This document shows positions 8,228-16,590 of a DNA stretch of 41,207 nt, piece after piece. The notes under the pieces are model-generated. The model worked only from the letters and a program-made list of their open reading frames with translations, made no database searches and had not been told where the DNA came from. The translations under genes and the position numbers were made by a program. Each line of letters begins with the position of its first letter. Positions within the stretch are counted from its first letter, which is position 1. Source of the DNA: Firmicutes bacterium HGW-Firmicutes-10. GTDB taxonomy: Bacteria > Bacillota_I > Bacilli_A > Erysipelotrichales > Erysipelotrichaceae. The stretch lies in the NCBI GenBank assembly GCA_002841605.1, contig PHAF01000001.1, positions 1 to 41,207 on the forward strand, written 5' to 3'.

Positions 8228-8254
8228 GGCAGGGGAAACCCTGTCTTTTCATTT
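8228..8254 (+). terminator. Intrinsic terminator after the flotillin gene
   Basis: GGCAGGG-gaaa-CCCTGTC followed by TTTTCATTT. Confidence 0.65.
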
Positions 8255-8319
8255 ATCCACTTTGATTATTATGATAAGATTATTCTGTCCAGTCGATTCC
8301 ATCAACAGAAAGGAGAATT

Positions 8320-8610
8320 ATGAACGCATCTTGGTTAATTCATGTTCTTTTTCTGCTAGTTCTGGTTATTTTGATTTTGTTTCTGCGGTTTAATCCGGAA
8401 CTTGGAAAATGGGGTAAGGGTTTCTGGTTCGGTTTATGGCTGCTCAACAGTTTTCTGTATATACGAACGGTCATCGCTAAATTATTCCCCTCACCAGGTA
8501 GTTGGGATGATTTGATATTCGGGGTAATGTTTGCGTTTACTTCGTATGCAATGCTGACAGCGATCAGCTCGACGTGGTTATATTTGTTATATAAAAGAAA
8601 AACGAAGTAA
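8320..8610 (+). CDS. Small hypothetical membrane protein (96 aa, about 3 TM)
   Basis: RBS AGGAGA, a hydrophobic profile and a terminator downstream. I recognise no family. Confidence 0.5.
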   Translation: MNASWLIHVLFLLVLVILILFLRFNPELGKWGKGFWFGLWLLNSFLYIRTVIAKLFPSPGSWDDLIFGVMFAFTSYAMLTAISSTWLYLLYKRKTK

Positions 8611-8645
8611 AGAAAAGGTCTCATTCAGTGGTGAGACCTTTTACA
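8611..8645. terminator. Bidirectional intrinsic terminator between convergent genes
   Basis: AAGGTCTCA / TGAGACCTT stem flanked by an A-run and a T-run. Confidence 0.7.
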
Positions 8646-8675
8646 AGATAATTCTATTTAATTGTTTTGTCTAAA

Positions 8676-10172
8676 TCAAGGACCGAAACTCGGATCCGGT
8701 AAACCAACCACAGCATGAGCAATTACATAGATATCACCATACAGCGATTTTTCAATGTAGTATTGACCCGGAGCAACGGTTTCAACCATTCTTCTTCCGA
8801 CTTTCACTAAAGGATACATTCCTTTTCCGGCATATACATGAGTTTCATCAAGATCATACATAGCATCGAGCTCGTAATTGACAACTATGAGGTTACCGAT
8901 GAAAGATACTTTTACTGTTCCGACTACTGTACCGCCCATGCATTGTCCAGCACCGGCAATAAGTGGCATTTCATAGTAACCAGGAACAGTTATTTTATTT
9001 GTCCAACCCCAGCGGCTGAATCCGTCTTCAAGGAAACATCTGGAATTTTCACCCTTAGCAAATGCTGTTTCGTATACGAAACATTGAATATAAACTTTAA
9101 CATTAGCAGTAGAGTAACCAAGAACTACATCATCATCTCCGTAAACGGTTGCGGTATTACCATACTCTTCTGCTCCACAGAGATCTTTTCCGTAGTCTTC
9201 CCATGCGAACATTTTATCATAGGTAAACTTCTCGATATCGCCTTTATCGTAATCATAAGCATCGAGTGTTCCAAGGGTTGCTAAACCGAATAGATCACTT
9301 TGATCTTTGACAACAACAGTAGCATGCACATCGTTTTCCGGGTCGCCCCAAACGACGGCTTTGGTATCTGAATAAACATCTCTTTCGGTGGTGACGGTTA
9401 CAACATTATCATTCATGAATTCTCCATCTTCATCATAAGTACAACTCAATGTTGCATCTTTGACTAAGAGGTAAGGGAATGTTATTTCACCACAATCAAC
9501 ATCGATTGGAGTTCCGTCAAGGACATCTTCAATTTTTGTAATCGTTGCATCAAGATCACCGGTATTTTCAATTTTGATCGTACCGCTGACATTATGATCA
9601 GCGTCAACAAATCCTAAATAAGTTACATCAACTTTCCATGTAGCTTTTCCATCGCCACTACCATCGACGAACAAGTAGAACGCATCTTTATCAACTGATT
9701 TTGCGATCGACCAGTCATGGGTGCGATTGAAAGTGGTGTTAACAGTTTTACTTACGGTTAGCTCTTCTTTTTCGGTGCCTGGGCAATAATCGGAAAGAAC
9801 GAAGTTGCCATCGTGGGTTCCTTTATAGAAAATAGTTGCTTCAAGCTCATCAATATCGAAATATGGTGTCATGAAATGGTAAACTTTGCTTAGAACTTTG
9901 GTTGGGGCATAAGTACCAAAACCAGATCCGCCTAATCTAAGTTCTGCATCTGTAACATCGCCGGCTTGATTGAATATCCAGTGCATCCAACCATCAGCAG
10001 TACGGCCTTCCTGACCGACATATTCACAATGTTCTGAATCGGTTCCTTGGCGTGTCCACTCAACTGAACCATCCCATGTAGTTACAGCCATTGTGGAGAT
10101 AGCAAACATCGCGAAGAAGACTGTTAATATGATACCGAAGTCAAACCATTTCTTTAAGCGATAATTAGTCAT
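8676..10172 (-). CDS. Secreted or membrane-anchored protein of unknown family (498 aa, Asp/Thr/Val/Gly-rich, 8 Cys)
   Basis: Strong RBS AAGGAGG. N-terminal signal/anchor is FDFGIILTVFFAMFAISTMAV. The composition is beta-rich and acidic. I recognise no family. Confidence 0.7.
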   Translation of the reverse strand: MTNYRLKKWFDFGIILTVFFAMFAISTMAVTTWDGSVEWTRQGTDSEHCEYVGQEGRTADGWMHWIFNQAGDVTDAELRLGGSGFGTYAPTKVLSKVYHFMTPYFDIDELEATIFYKGTHDGNFVLSDYCPGTEKEELTVSKTVNTTFNRTHDWSIAKSVDKDAFYLFVDGSGDGKATWKVDVTYLGFVDADHNVSGTIKIENTGDLDATITKIEDVLDGTPIDVDCGEITFPYLLVKDATLSCTYDEDGEFMNDNVVTVTTERDVYSDTKAVVWGDPENDVHATVVVKDQSDLFGLATLGTLDAYDYDKGDIEKFTYDKMFAWEDYGKDLCGAEEYGNTATVYGDDDVVLGYSTANVKVYIQCFVYETAFAKGENSRCFLEDGFSRWGWTNKITVPGYYEMPLIAGAGQCMGGTVVGTVKVSFIGNLIVVNYELDAMYDLDETHVYAGKGMYPLVKVGRRMVETVAPGQYYIEKSLYGDIYVIAHAVVGLPDPSFGP

Positions 10173-10254
10173 ATTCTATCCTCCTTGTTTTTCTATTTTA
10201 TTTCCTCTACAAGCAAGATAAAGTCGGTTGTGCCTTCCCCTCCTTTCATATAAA

Positions 10255-10288
10255 ACACAAAAAACCGACCAATAATCACTGGCCGGTT
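10255..10288 (-). terminator. Intrinsic terminator inside the 5' leader of the 498-aa gene (attenuator candidate)
   Basis: The minus strand reads AACCGGCCA-gtgattat-TGGTCGGTT followed by TTTTGTGTTTT. It lies about 85 nt upstream of the ATG at 10172. Confidence 0.55.
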
Positions 10289-10366
10289 ACGCTACTAGCT
10301 ACGATAAACGAAAAGCGTCCAATTGCTCGTTTATCATCATCGCTTCCATTATATTCCTGTACATAA

Positions 10367-10395
10367 ATTCTATCATGACGTATTTTGAGAGTCAA
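10367..10395 (-). promoter_or_regulatory. Predicted sigma-A promoter driving the leader and the 498-aa gene
   Basis: The minus strand reads TTGACT (10395-10390) - 17 nt - TAGAAT (10372-10367), with TG at the extended -10 position. Confidence 0.55.
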
Positions 10396-10581
10396 ATTAT
10401 ATTATTCGACTTTTTTGTGGTTTTTGTATTATTTCGTCGAATATTCACAAGTAGAGCAATTTTCCTAAAACGATAAGTGTTATTAATATCGAAGATATAT
10501 TTTCACTTAAAAAAAAGCAAAAATTTAAAAAAATCTGATTAAAATCAGAGTCTTTAGCTTTTAGCGCTTTTGTTAATTGGG

Positions 10582-10610
10582 TTGAGAAAATACCCTTAAT
10601 TTGATACAAT
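10582..10610 (+). promoter_or_regulatory. Predicted promoter of the GT2 gene
   Basis: TTGAGA - 17 nt - TACAAT with an upstream TG. Confidence 0.5.
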
Positions 10611-10638
10611 AAACGCATATAGCGAATGGGAGAAAATT

Positions 10639-11565
10639 ATGGATCATCTTGTCAGTGTCATTGTTCCGATTTATAATGTTGAACGGTTTTTAGAGCGTTG
10701 TTTTGAAAGTATCATGCATCAGACGTATAAGAATTTTGAGATAATTGCGATTGATGATGGAAGCACGGATGAAAGTTCGGCGATTTTAGATCAGTGGGCA
10801 CAGAAGGATCAAAGAATCAAAGCCACTCATCAAAACAATATAGGAGTTGCGGCTACGCGAAACGTCGGTTTGAAGTTGGCTACGGGAGAATATGTGTTAT
10901 TTGTGGATAGTGACGACACGATATCACCGACAGGCATAGAACGGTTACTCAATAAAGCCGTGTATAATAATTTGGACATTGCTTATGGAGCCGGTTATCG
11001 TATCAGCATAACCGGAAAAGTTGCGGTCCCTACCAATAAACCCGATCACTTGCTCGATAAAGTGCTAACCGGACCTCAATACATGGAGGAAGCCATTCGC
11101 TCAAAATCATATAATAACGGAGTGTGGAACAAACTTTACAAGCGGACATTCTTGATTGAGAATGAATGCTGGTTTAAGGAAGGGCTTGTATATGAGGATA
11201 TCCTTTGGTCACCTCAAGTCTTTTTGAAAGCACAGCGCGTTCAGTTTGTTGATGTGGATTTTGCGAATATCTTTGTTCGACATGGTGCGATCACCCAAGA
11301 CCCATACAATCTGGCGATCAGGCATCATGACAGCCTGTATATATTTGATACATTGACAGAAATTTATCTGAATGCGAACATTACCGACGATCAACGCATG
11401 GTTTTTCTGGATTATGTAACTAATCGCAGAGTCAACCTTCTGAAAAATTACCGGGCATTTTACTCGAAAGAACAGATTCGCGAGAATATGGCAGAAATTA
11501 AGAAGTATGCAAAGTTATGGAGTACACGTGTCAATGCATTCTCGCTTCTCTTTCAAACCAAATAA
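10639..11565 (+). CDS. Family 2 glycosyltransferase
   Basis: The N-terminus VSVIVPIYNVERFLERC...IAIDDGSTDES...VDSDD is a typical GT-A/GT2 signature. Confidence 0.85.
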   Translation: MDHLVSVIVPIYNVERFLERCFESIMHQTYKNFEIIAIDDGSTDESSAILDQWAQKDQRIKATHQNNIGVAATRNVGLKLATGEYVLFVDSDDTISPTGIERLLNKAVYNNLDIAYGAGYRISITGKVAVPTNKPDHLLDKVLTGPQYMEEAIRSKSYNNGVWNKLYKRTFLIENECWFKEGLVYEDILWSPQVFLKAQRVQFVDVDFANIFVRHGAITQDPYNLAIRHHDSLYIFDTLTEIYLNANITDDQRMVFLDYVTNRRVNLLKNYRAFYSKEQIRENMAEIKKYAKLWSTRVNAFSLLFQTK

Positions 11566-11582
11566 TTCATATTGAACTTGGT

Positions 11583-11611
11583 AAACCCTAGGCCTGCGCC
11601 TAGGGTTTTTG
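11583..11611 (+). terminator. Intrinsic terminator after the GT2 gene
   Basis: AACCCTAGG-cctgcg-CCTAGGGTT followed by a T-run. Confidence 0.8.
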
Positions 11612-11686
11612 ATTAAATCAAAATTAAGAGTATAATGAGACTAAAGAAATATAAACATCACAATTAAAATGAAATGAGGATTAAAG

Positions 11687-12397
11687 ATGAACTTAAATCA
11701 ATCTGAACGAAGGATTCATGTCACCTTACTGATCATAGGTCTTATGGTACTTGGTTGGTCCTATATTGATCATCGCTTAACTTTTGGTTGGATATTGTTG
11801 ACTGTGCCGATTGTCATTGCATCCATACTTTTCATTTCTACTTATAAGAAATTCACATTTACGACCCTGATTTACATCATCGGATTTTTCTGGGCTTGCT
11901 TGTTGATGGTCGGAGCAAAATATACATATACATACGTTCCGATTTTCGACAGCATCAGTGAAGCCTTTGGATTAACAAGAAATTATTACGATCGTTTCGC
12001 ACATTTTGCTCAAGGGTTTGTGCCGTTTTTGATATTTCGGGAATATCTGATGCGCAGGGGAATTTTATCAAATCGTAAATCAACCACGCTCATCGTTATC
12101 GGATTGGTATTGGCGTTTTCTGCATCCTGGGAGTTGCTTGAGTATTCCACAGCCGAACTATCCGGGAAGTCACAATCATTTATTCTCGATATGCAAGGAG
12201 ACATTTGGGATACACAACTGGACATGTTGTCAGCAATTGCAGGTGCTATCACTTCATGGTTGTTATTAGGAAAGATTCATTTGCGACTTATTGAGGATAA
12301 AATGAAGAAGCAAGACCATTTGCTTATCCATTCAGACTCAGGTTCGGTGGGTGATAAGGTAAAATCGAATGGAGATGACAACGATTTAATCACTTGA
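11687..12397 (+). CDS. DUF2238-type (E. coli YjdF-like) polytopic membrane protein
   Basis: Multi-TM protein. The segment NYYDRFAHFAQGFVPFLIFREYL resembles the DUF2238 core. RBS is GAGGA. Confidence 0.65.
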   Translation: MNLNQSERRIHVTLLIIGLMVLGWSYIDHRLTFGWILLTVPIVIASILFISTYKKFTFTTLIYIIGFFWACLLMVGAKYTYTYVPIFDSISEAFGLTRNYYDRFAHFAQGFVPFLIFREYLMRRGILSNRKSTTLIVIGLVLAFSASWELLEYSTAELSGKSQSFILDMQGDIWDTQLDMLSAIAGAITSWLLLGKIHLRLIEDKMKKQDHLLIHSDSGSVGDKVKSNGDDNDLIT

Positions 12398-12421
12398 CAT
12401 CTGTTTTTTTCTTAGTATAAT
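12394..12421 (+). promoter_or_regulatory. Near-consensus sigma-A promoter of psuK-psuG
   Basis: TTGACA (12394-12399) - 16 nt - TATAAT (12416-12421). Confidence 0.6.
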
Positions 12422-12460
12422 AAGCAATAGATTAGAAAGTAAGCAAAAGCAAGAGGAAAT

Positions 12461-13543
12461 ATGACACAGAGAGAAAAAGAAATACTGGCGATATTGAAAT
12501 CTGAGCCAACCATATCTCAACAAGACCTTGCGGATCGATTGGGTATAACCCGTTCTTCAGTAGCGGTACATATCACCAATTTGTTGAAGAAGGGCTATAT
12601 TTTGGGCAAGGGCTATATATTACAAGAGGATCCCTATATCGTCGTCATCGGTGGCGCTAACATAGATATACAGGGAACTCCGAAGAACCGGCTGACATAC
12701 AAAGATTCCAACATCGGGGAAGTTCGGATTTCTTTGGGAGGTGTCGGGCGAAACATTGCGGAAAACTGCGCGAGACTAAACATTATGACAAGATTGATCA
12801 GTGTGATCGGTGACGATTTATATGGGCAACAGATGTTGAAACATGCACAAACCGTCAATCTTCATATGCAAGACTGTCTGATTTTGCCTCAAACACCAAC
12901 TTCGACTTATTTGAGCATACTTGATGAGTCACGTGATTTGGCTGTTTCCATCAATCATATGGACTCCATCGATTTATTGACTGTGGATGATCTAAAAGCA
13001 AAGCGCTCACTGATCGAACATGCACAATTATGTGTGCTTGATACCAATCTCTCTGAGGATGTGCTGAAATATCTTTTGACAAGTTTTCCGAATACGATAT
13101 TCTTCGTAGATCCGGTATCGGGAGCAAAAGCACAGAAAATCAAGCCATACTTGCAAGCGATTCATACGTTGAAACCAAATCTTTTGGAAGCTAAGGTGCT
13201 TTCATCACTAGACAACGACTCAGATTCACTTGAAGATTTGGCGAAGTCTTTGAAAAGCCAGCGGGCGTTTATCAGTTTAGGATCTCAGGGAGTCTATGTT
13301 ATCGATGGCAAGAAGCATGTTCACTTCCACTCGCCACCCATTGATGTCATCAATGCGACTGGTGCAGGGGATGCCTTTATGGCCGGACTGGTATATGCTT
13401 ACTTGAGGGGATTGGATATTGAAGAAACCACTTGGATAGCGATGGCAGCATCAAGGCTTGCCTTATCGCACACCGACACCATCAACCCAAATCTCAGTGA
13501 GCAATTATTACTTAAAACAATGGAGGAAATTAAGAATGTTTGA
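12461..13543 (+). CDS. psuK: Pseudouridine kinase (PfkB family) fused to an N-terminal winged-helix DNA-binding domain
   Basis: The N-terminal wHTH is ILAILKSEPTISQQDLADRLGITRSSVAVHITNLLKKGYI. The PfkB kinase body carries GGVGRN and NATGAGDAF. The gene overlaps psuG by 8 nt. Confidence 0.75.
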   Translation: MTQREKEILAILKSEPTISQQDLADRLGITRSSVAVHITNLLKKGYILGKGYILQEDPYIVVIGGANIDIQGTPKNRLTYKDSNIGEVRISLGGVGRNIAENCARLNIMTRLISVIGDDLYGQQMLKHAQTVNLHMQDCLILPQTPTSTYLSILDESRDLAVSINHMDSIDLLTVDDLKAKRSLIEHAQLCVLDTNLSEDVLKYLLTSFPNTIFFVDPVSGAKAQKIKPYLQAIHTLKPNLLEAKVLSSLDNDSDSLEDLAKSLKSQRAFISLGSQGVYVIDGKKHVHFHSPPIDVINATGAGDAFMAGLVYAYLRGLDIEETTWIAMAASRLALSHTDTINPNLSEQLLLKTMEEIKNV

Positions 13544-14453
13544 GAAATATCTGGATATAAGTGAAGAAGTAAAAAGAGCTTTAGAAAATAGTCAACCGGT
13601 GGTCGCATTGGAATCAACCATCATATCTCATGGTATGCCTTATCCAAAAAACGTTGAGACCGCGTTGAAAGTCGAACAAATCATCCGTGATAACGGAGCT
13701 ATCCCGGCAACCATCGCCATACTGAATGGAAGATTGAAAGTCGGATTAAGTCATGATGAAATCGAAATGTTAGGAAAAGTTGGGGATGTGGTCAAAGCGT
13801 CCCGCCGAGATATTCCTTTTATTATTGCTAAGGGATTAAACGGTGCGACCACGGTTGCATCAACGATGATATTGGCAGATTTGGCCGGTATTCGCGTATT
13901 TGCGACCGGCGGAATCGGTGGTGTCCACCGAGGAGCCGAAACATCCTTCGATATTTCCGCAGACTTGATTGAACTGGCTCAAACCAATGTTGCGGTCATT
14001 TGTGCCGGAGCAAAGTCGATCCTAGACATCGGATTGACACTGGAATACCTCGAGACTCACGGAGTTCCGGTTGTCGGCTATCAAACAGATGAGCTTCCGG
14101 CGTTTTATACAAGCAAGAGCGGATTCAATGTGGATTATCGTGTGGACAATCCTCAGGAGTTGGCTTTGGCAATCAAAGCTAAATGGGACTTGAACTTGCA
14201 AGGCGGACTGATCGTTGCCAATCCGATCCCTAAAGCCTATGAAATGGATTCGGAAGTGATCAATCAGGCAATTGCTGAGGCTATTAAACAGCAATTCGCT
14301 GCCGGAGTCAAAGGGAAAGAAAGCACTCCATTTCTATTAGCAAAGGTCAAAGAACTGACCGGCGGTGACAGTTTGGACTCCAATATTCAGCTTGTTTACA
14401 ACAATGCCAAAGTCGGTGCACAATTGGCTGTTGCATTGAGCAATCTAAAATAA
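13536..14453 (+). CDS. psuG: Pseudouridine-5'-phosphate glycosidase
   Basis: Start is ATG 13536 (GGAGG 9 nt upstream), not ORF-track 13458. VVALESTIISHGMPYP, GGIGGVHRG and CAGAKSILD are typical PsuG/IndA motifs. Confidence 0.9.
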   Translation: MFEKYLDISEEVKRALENSQPVVALESTIISHGMPYPKNVETALKVEQIIRDNGAIPATIAILNGRLKVGLSHDEIEMLGKVGDVVKASRRDIPFIIAKGLNGATTVASTMILADLAGIRVFATGGIGGVHRGAETSFDISADLIELAQTNVAVICAGAKSILDIGLTLEYLETHGVPVVGYQTDELPAFYTSKSGFNVDYRVDNPQELALAIKAKWDLNLQGGLIVANPIPKAYEMDSEVINQAIAEAIKQQFAAGVKGKESTPFLLAKVKELTGGDSLDSNIQLVYNNAKVGAQLAVALSNLK

Positions 14454-14458
14454 AAGTA

Positions 14459-14487
14459 TGGACATCGTTTATTCGATGTCCTTTTCT
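14459..14487 (+). terminator. Intrinsic terminator after psuG
   Basis: GGACATCG-tttatt-CGATGTCC followed by TTTT. Confidence 0.75.
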
Positions 14488-14573
14488 ATGATAATATTAA
14501 AATAGCAAACAACCAGTAAAAAGCAGTTAGTCAGATAAATATTGTGCTTTTTGGTTAGAAACGGAGAGTTTGA

Positions 14574-15332
14574 ATGAAACTGTTTATTGAAAAGGATTAT
14601 AATGCATTAAGCAAGAAAACAGCGGAGCTTGTGGTCAATGCTGTTTTAGAAAAGCCAAATCTGATTTTTTGTTTGCCTGCCGGTGGATCACCGATCGGAA
14701 TGTATCAATGTCTGGTGGAAATGTATAATAACAATGAAGTCTCATTTAAAGATATGATCACCTATGACATGGATGAGTATGTCGGAATATCAGCCGATAA
14801 CGAAAACAGTTATGCCTTTTTTATGCAAAAGCATTTCCTGAAATTCGTGGATGTTAAAAATGAAAATGTCTTTTATCCCGACGGGCTTGCGGAAGATCTT
14901 GCTAAAATGTGTGAGGATTATAGTGAGCAGATATTCGCTAAAGGCGGATTGGATCTGGCAATTACCGGAATCGGATCCAATGGGCATATCGCATTCAATG
15001 AACCTGGGGAAAAACTGATTGCCAGAACGCATGTGGTCGAGCTCGATGAAACGACAATTAAAAACAATGCCCGTTTCTTCGATGGAAACTTGGATTTGGT
15101 TCCCAGACAAGCCATTTCGATCGGTATGGAAGATATCATGAAGAGCAAACTTTTCTTAGTGGTTGCCAGTGGTAAACACAAAGCAGAACTTATCAAAAGA
15201 ACATTTGAAAACACGGATATTGATCCGATGTGGCCGGTATCTTTCTTACGTTTGCACCCCAATTGCATCTTTATCATCGATGAAGATGCGGCATCCTTAA
15301 CAGACTTTCAAATATTAAAGAAATACATGTAA
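14574..15332 (+). CDS. nagB: Glucosamine-6-phosphate deaminase
   Basis: LPAGGSP, MDEYVG and GIGSNGHIAFNEPG motifs; 252 aa. Confidence 0.85.
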   Translation: MKLFIEKDYNALSKKTAELVVNAVLEKPNLIFCLPAGGSPIGMYQCLVEMYNNNEVSFKDMITYDMDEYVGISADNENSYAFFMQKHFLKFVDVKNENVFYPDGLAEDLAKMCEDYSEQIFAKGGLDLAITGIGSNGHIAFNEPGEKLIARTHVVELDETTIKNNARFFDGNLDLVPRQAISIGMEDIMKSKLFLVVASGKHKAELIKRTFENTDIDPMWPVSFLRLHPNCIFIIDEDAASLTDFQILKKYM

Positions 15333-15358
15333 AAAATCCCGATCGGGATTTCTTTTTA
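15331..15358. terminator. Bidirectional terminator between nagB and the ADP-ribosylglycohydrolase gene
   Basis: AAATCCC-gatc-GGGATTT flanked by an A-run and a T-run. Confidence 0.65.
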
Positions 15359-16435
15359 GTCAATCAGACTCAAATTTTCGGTTAGTTTTTCTGCGATATC
15401 GAGCAGCAGATCTTTATCCTTCAATCCGTCAATAAACCGCTGAGGGATCGAAGACAATCCGACTTGTGCACCGATCAACGCACCTGTCAACATTGCTCGC
15501 ACCTGATTTTGACCTCCACCGTTGATCGCATGCAAAACACCGGATTCAAAATCAATATCAAATCGTGCAGCCAGATAATAAGCGGCCGGTAACATATGAT
15601 AGATAGCACAGGGCATTCCGTATACCAAAGAAGCTTTCCAGGCGGGTTCAATGATGATCGAAGGATCTTTAGCGGCCATGGCCATATAAGAGGGTGAAAG
15701 CAAGGCATCCGGAGATGCGAACAGTCCGGCATTGGAAGGTGCAGGTTCTCCTTTTTTCGGTGCCTGAAGGTTTCCGGTTGTGACCGCATGAAAAGGGATT
15801 TCTTTTTTATGAACTTTTCTCATCAGCTTGCCGCTAAGGTTCTCATCCAGTTTGTGCCCACGGATCAACATCGCCAATACTAAATTGTAGGCCACCGATA
15901 ATGAACCTACGATATCATCAGCCTGCGTCAACGCCGTGTTTGAAGCAACGATGTGACTTAGTTTATTCAAATCAGCGGCAAAATATATGGCCATGGGGAT
16001 ATTTCGCTCAAGTGACTCGGTCGTGTCACTGTTACTTGCGACTTGACTCCAAGGTAAATCCTCGATGATCCGCTTTTGATATAAGTGTCGCATGACCTGG
16101 CTTGTATAACCGCCTTTGCCACCCATCGGCGTTCCGTCGAGATGAGGCAGGATTTCTTTATCGATCATTTCTTCAAACGTATTCTGATCATATCCTTTTT
16201 GTCTAATCAAATATTCGGCCATCTTTTGAATGATCCATCCTTGCTGAGAAAGTTCCCCTGGTTTTAGTCCGGCATGGTATCGATCCGGTTGAGGGTTTGT
16301 GTAATCATCAATCCATTCACCGTATTTTTCTTTTAATTCATTCAAATCATAGAACCAATGAGGCCCAACTCCTAATGCTTCACCGATCAAAGCACCGATG
16401 AACGCTCCTTGAGCTCTGTCTTTAATATTTGTCAT
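15356..16435 (-). CDS. ADP-ribosylglycohydrolase family protein
   Basis: I chose the start at ATG 16435 (AGGAGAC upstream). The N-terminus DRAQGAFIGALIGEALG and the C-terminal GGQNQVRAMLTGALIGA fit the family signature. Confidence 0.8.
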   Translation of the reverse strand: MTNIKDRAQGAFIGALIGEALGVGPHWFYDLNELKEKYGEWIDDYTNPQPDRYHAGLKPGELSQQGWIIQKMAEYLIRQKGYDQNTFEEMIDKEILPHLDGTPMGGKGGYTSQVMRHLYQKRIIEDLPWSQVASNSDTTESLERNIPMAIYFAADLNKLSHIVASNTALTQADDIVGSLSVAYNLVLAMLIRGHKLDENLSGKLMRKVHKKEIPFHAVTTGNLQAPKKGEPAPSNAGLFASPDALLSPSYMAMAAKDPSIIIEPAWKASLVYGMPCAIYHMLPAAYYLAARFDIDFESGVLHAINGGGQNQVRAMLTGALIGAQVGLSSIPQRFIDGLKDKDLLLDIAEKLTENLSLID

Positions 16436-16590
16436 GGTAAGTCTCCTTTGTTTAAATGTACGACAACCAAATGTTTCCATCAAGTGATATGAATATTGCT
16501 AATTAGACTGGATCGGCTGTTGACATATATCTAAATCATAGATGGAATTTATAATTAATGATAAGATATCATTAAGAACTATATTAAGGA

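Noticed and set aside
10201-10250. 18-codon ORF (MKGGEGTTDFILLVEEIK) downstream of the leader terminator
   Set aside because: It has no Shine-Dalgarno upstream of its ATG. The purine-rich AAAGGAGGGG lies inside it rather than before it. It is probably part of the untranslated leader.
10529-10552. Hairpin TCTGATT-aa-AATCAGA flanked by A-runs, between the two divergent promoters
   Set aside because: It is terminator-like on the minus strand, but nothing is transcribed into it from either side according to the predicted promoters. It is most likely incidental structure in very AT-rich DNA.
11566-11686. Possible yjdF-type riboswitch upstream of the DUF2238 (E. coli YjdF-like) gene
   Set aside because: The yjdF RNA motif is associated with the unrelated Bacillus yjdF family. 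The 120-bp spacer here is fully accounted for by a terminator and a TTGATT-16-TATAAT promoter, with a short leader.
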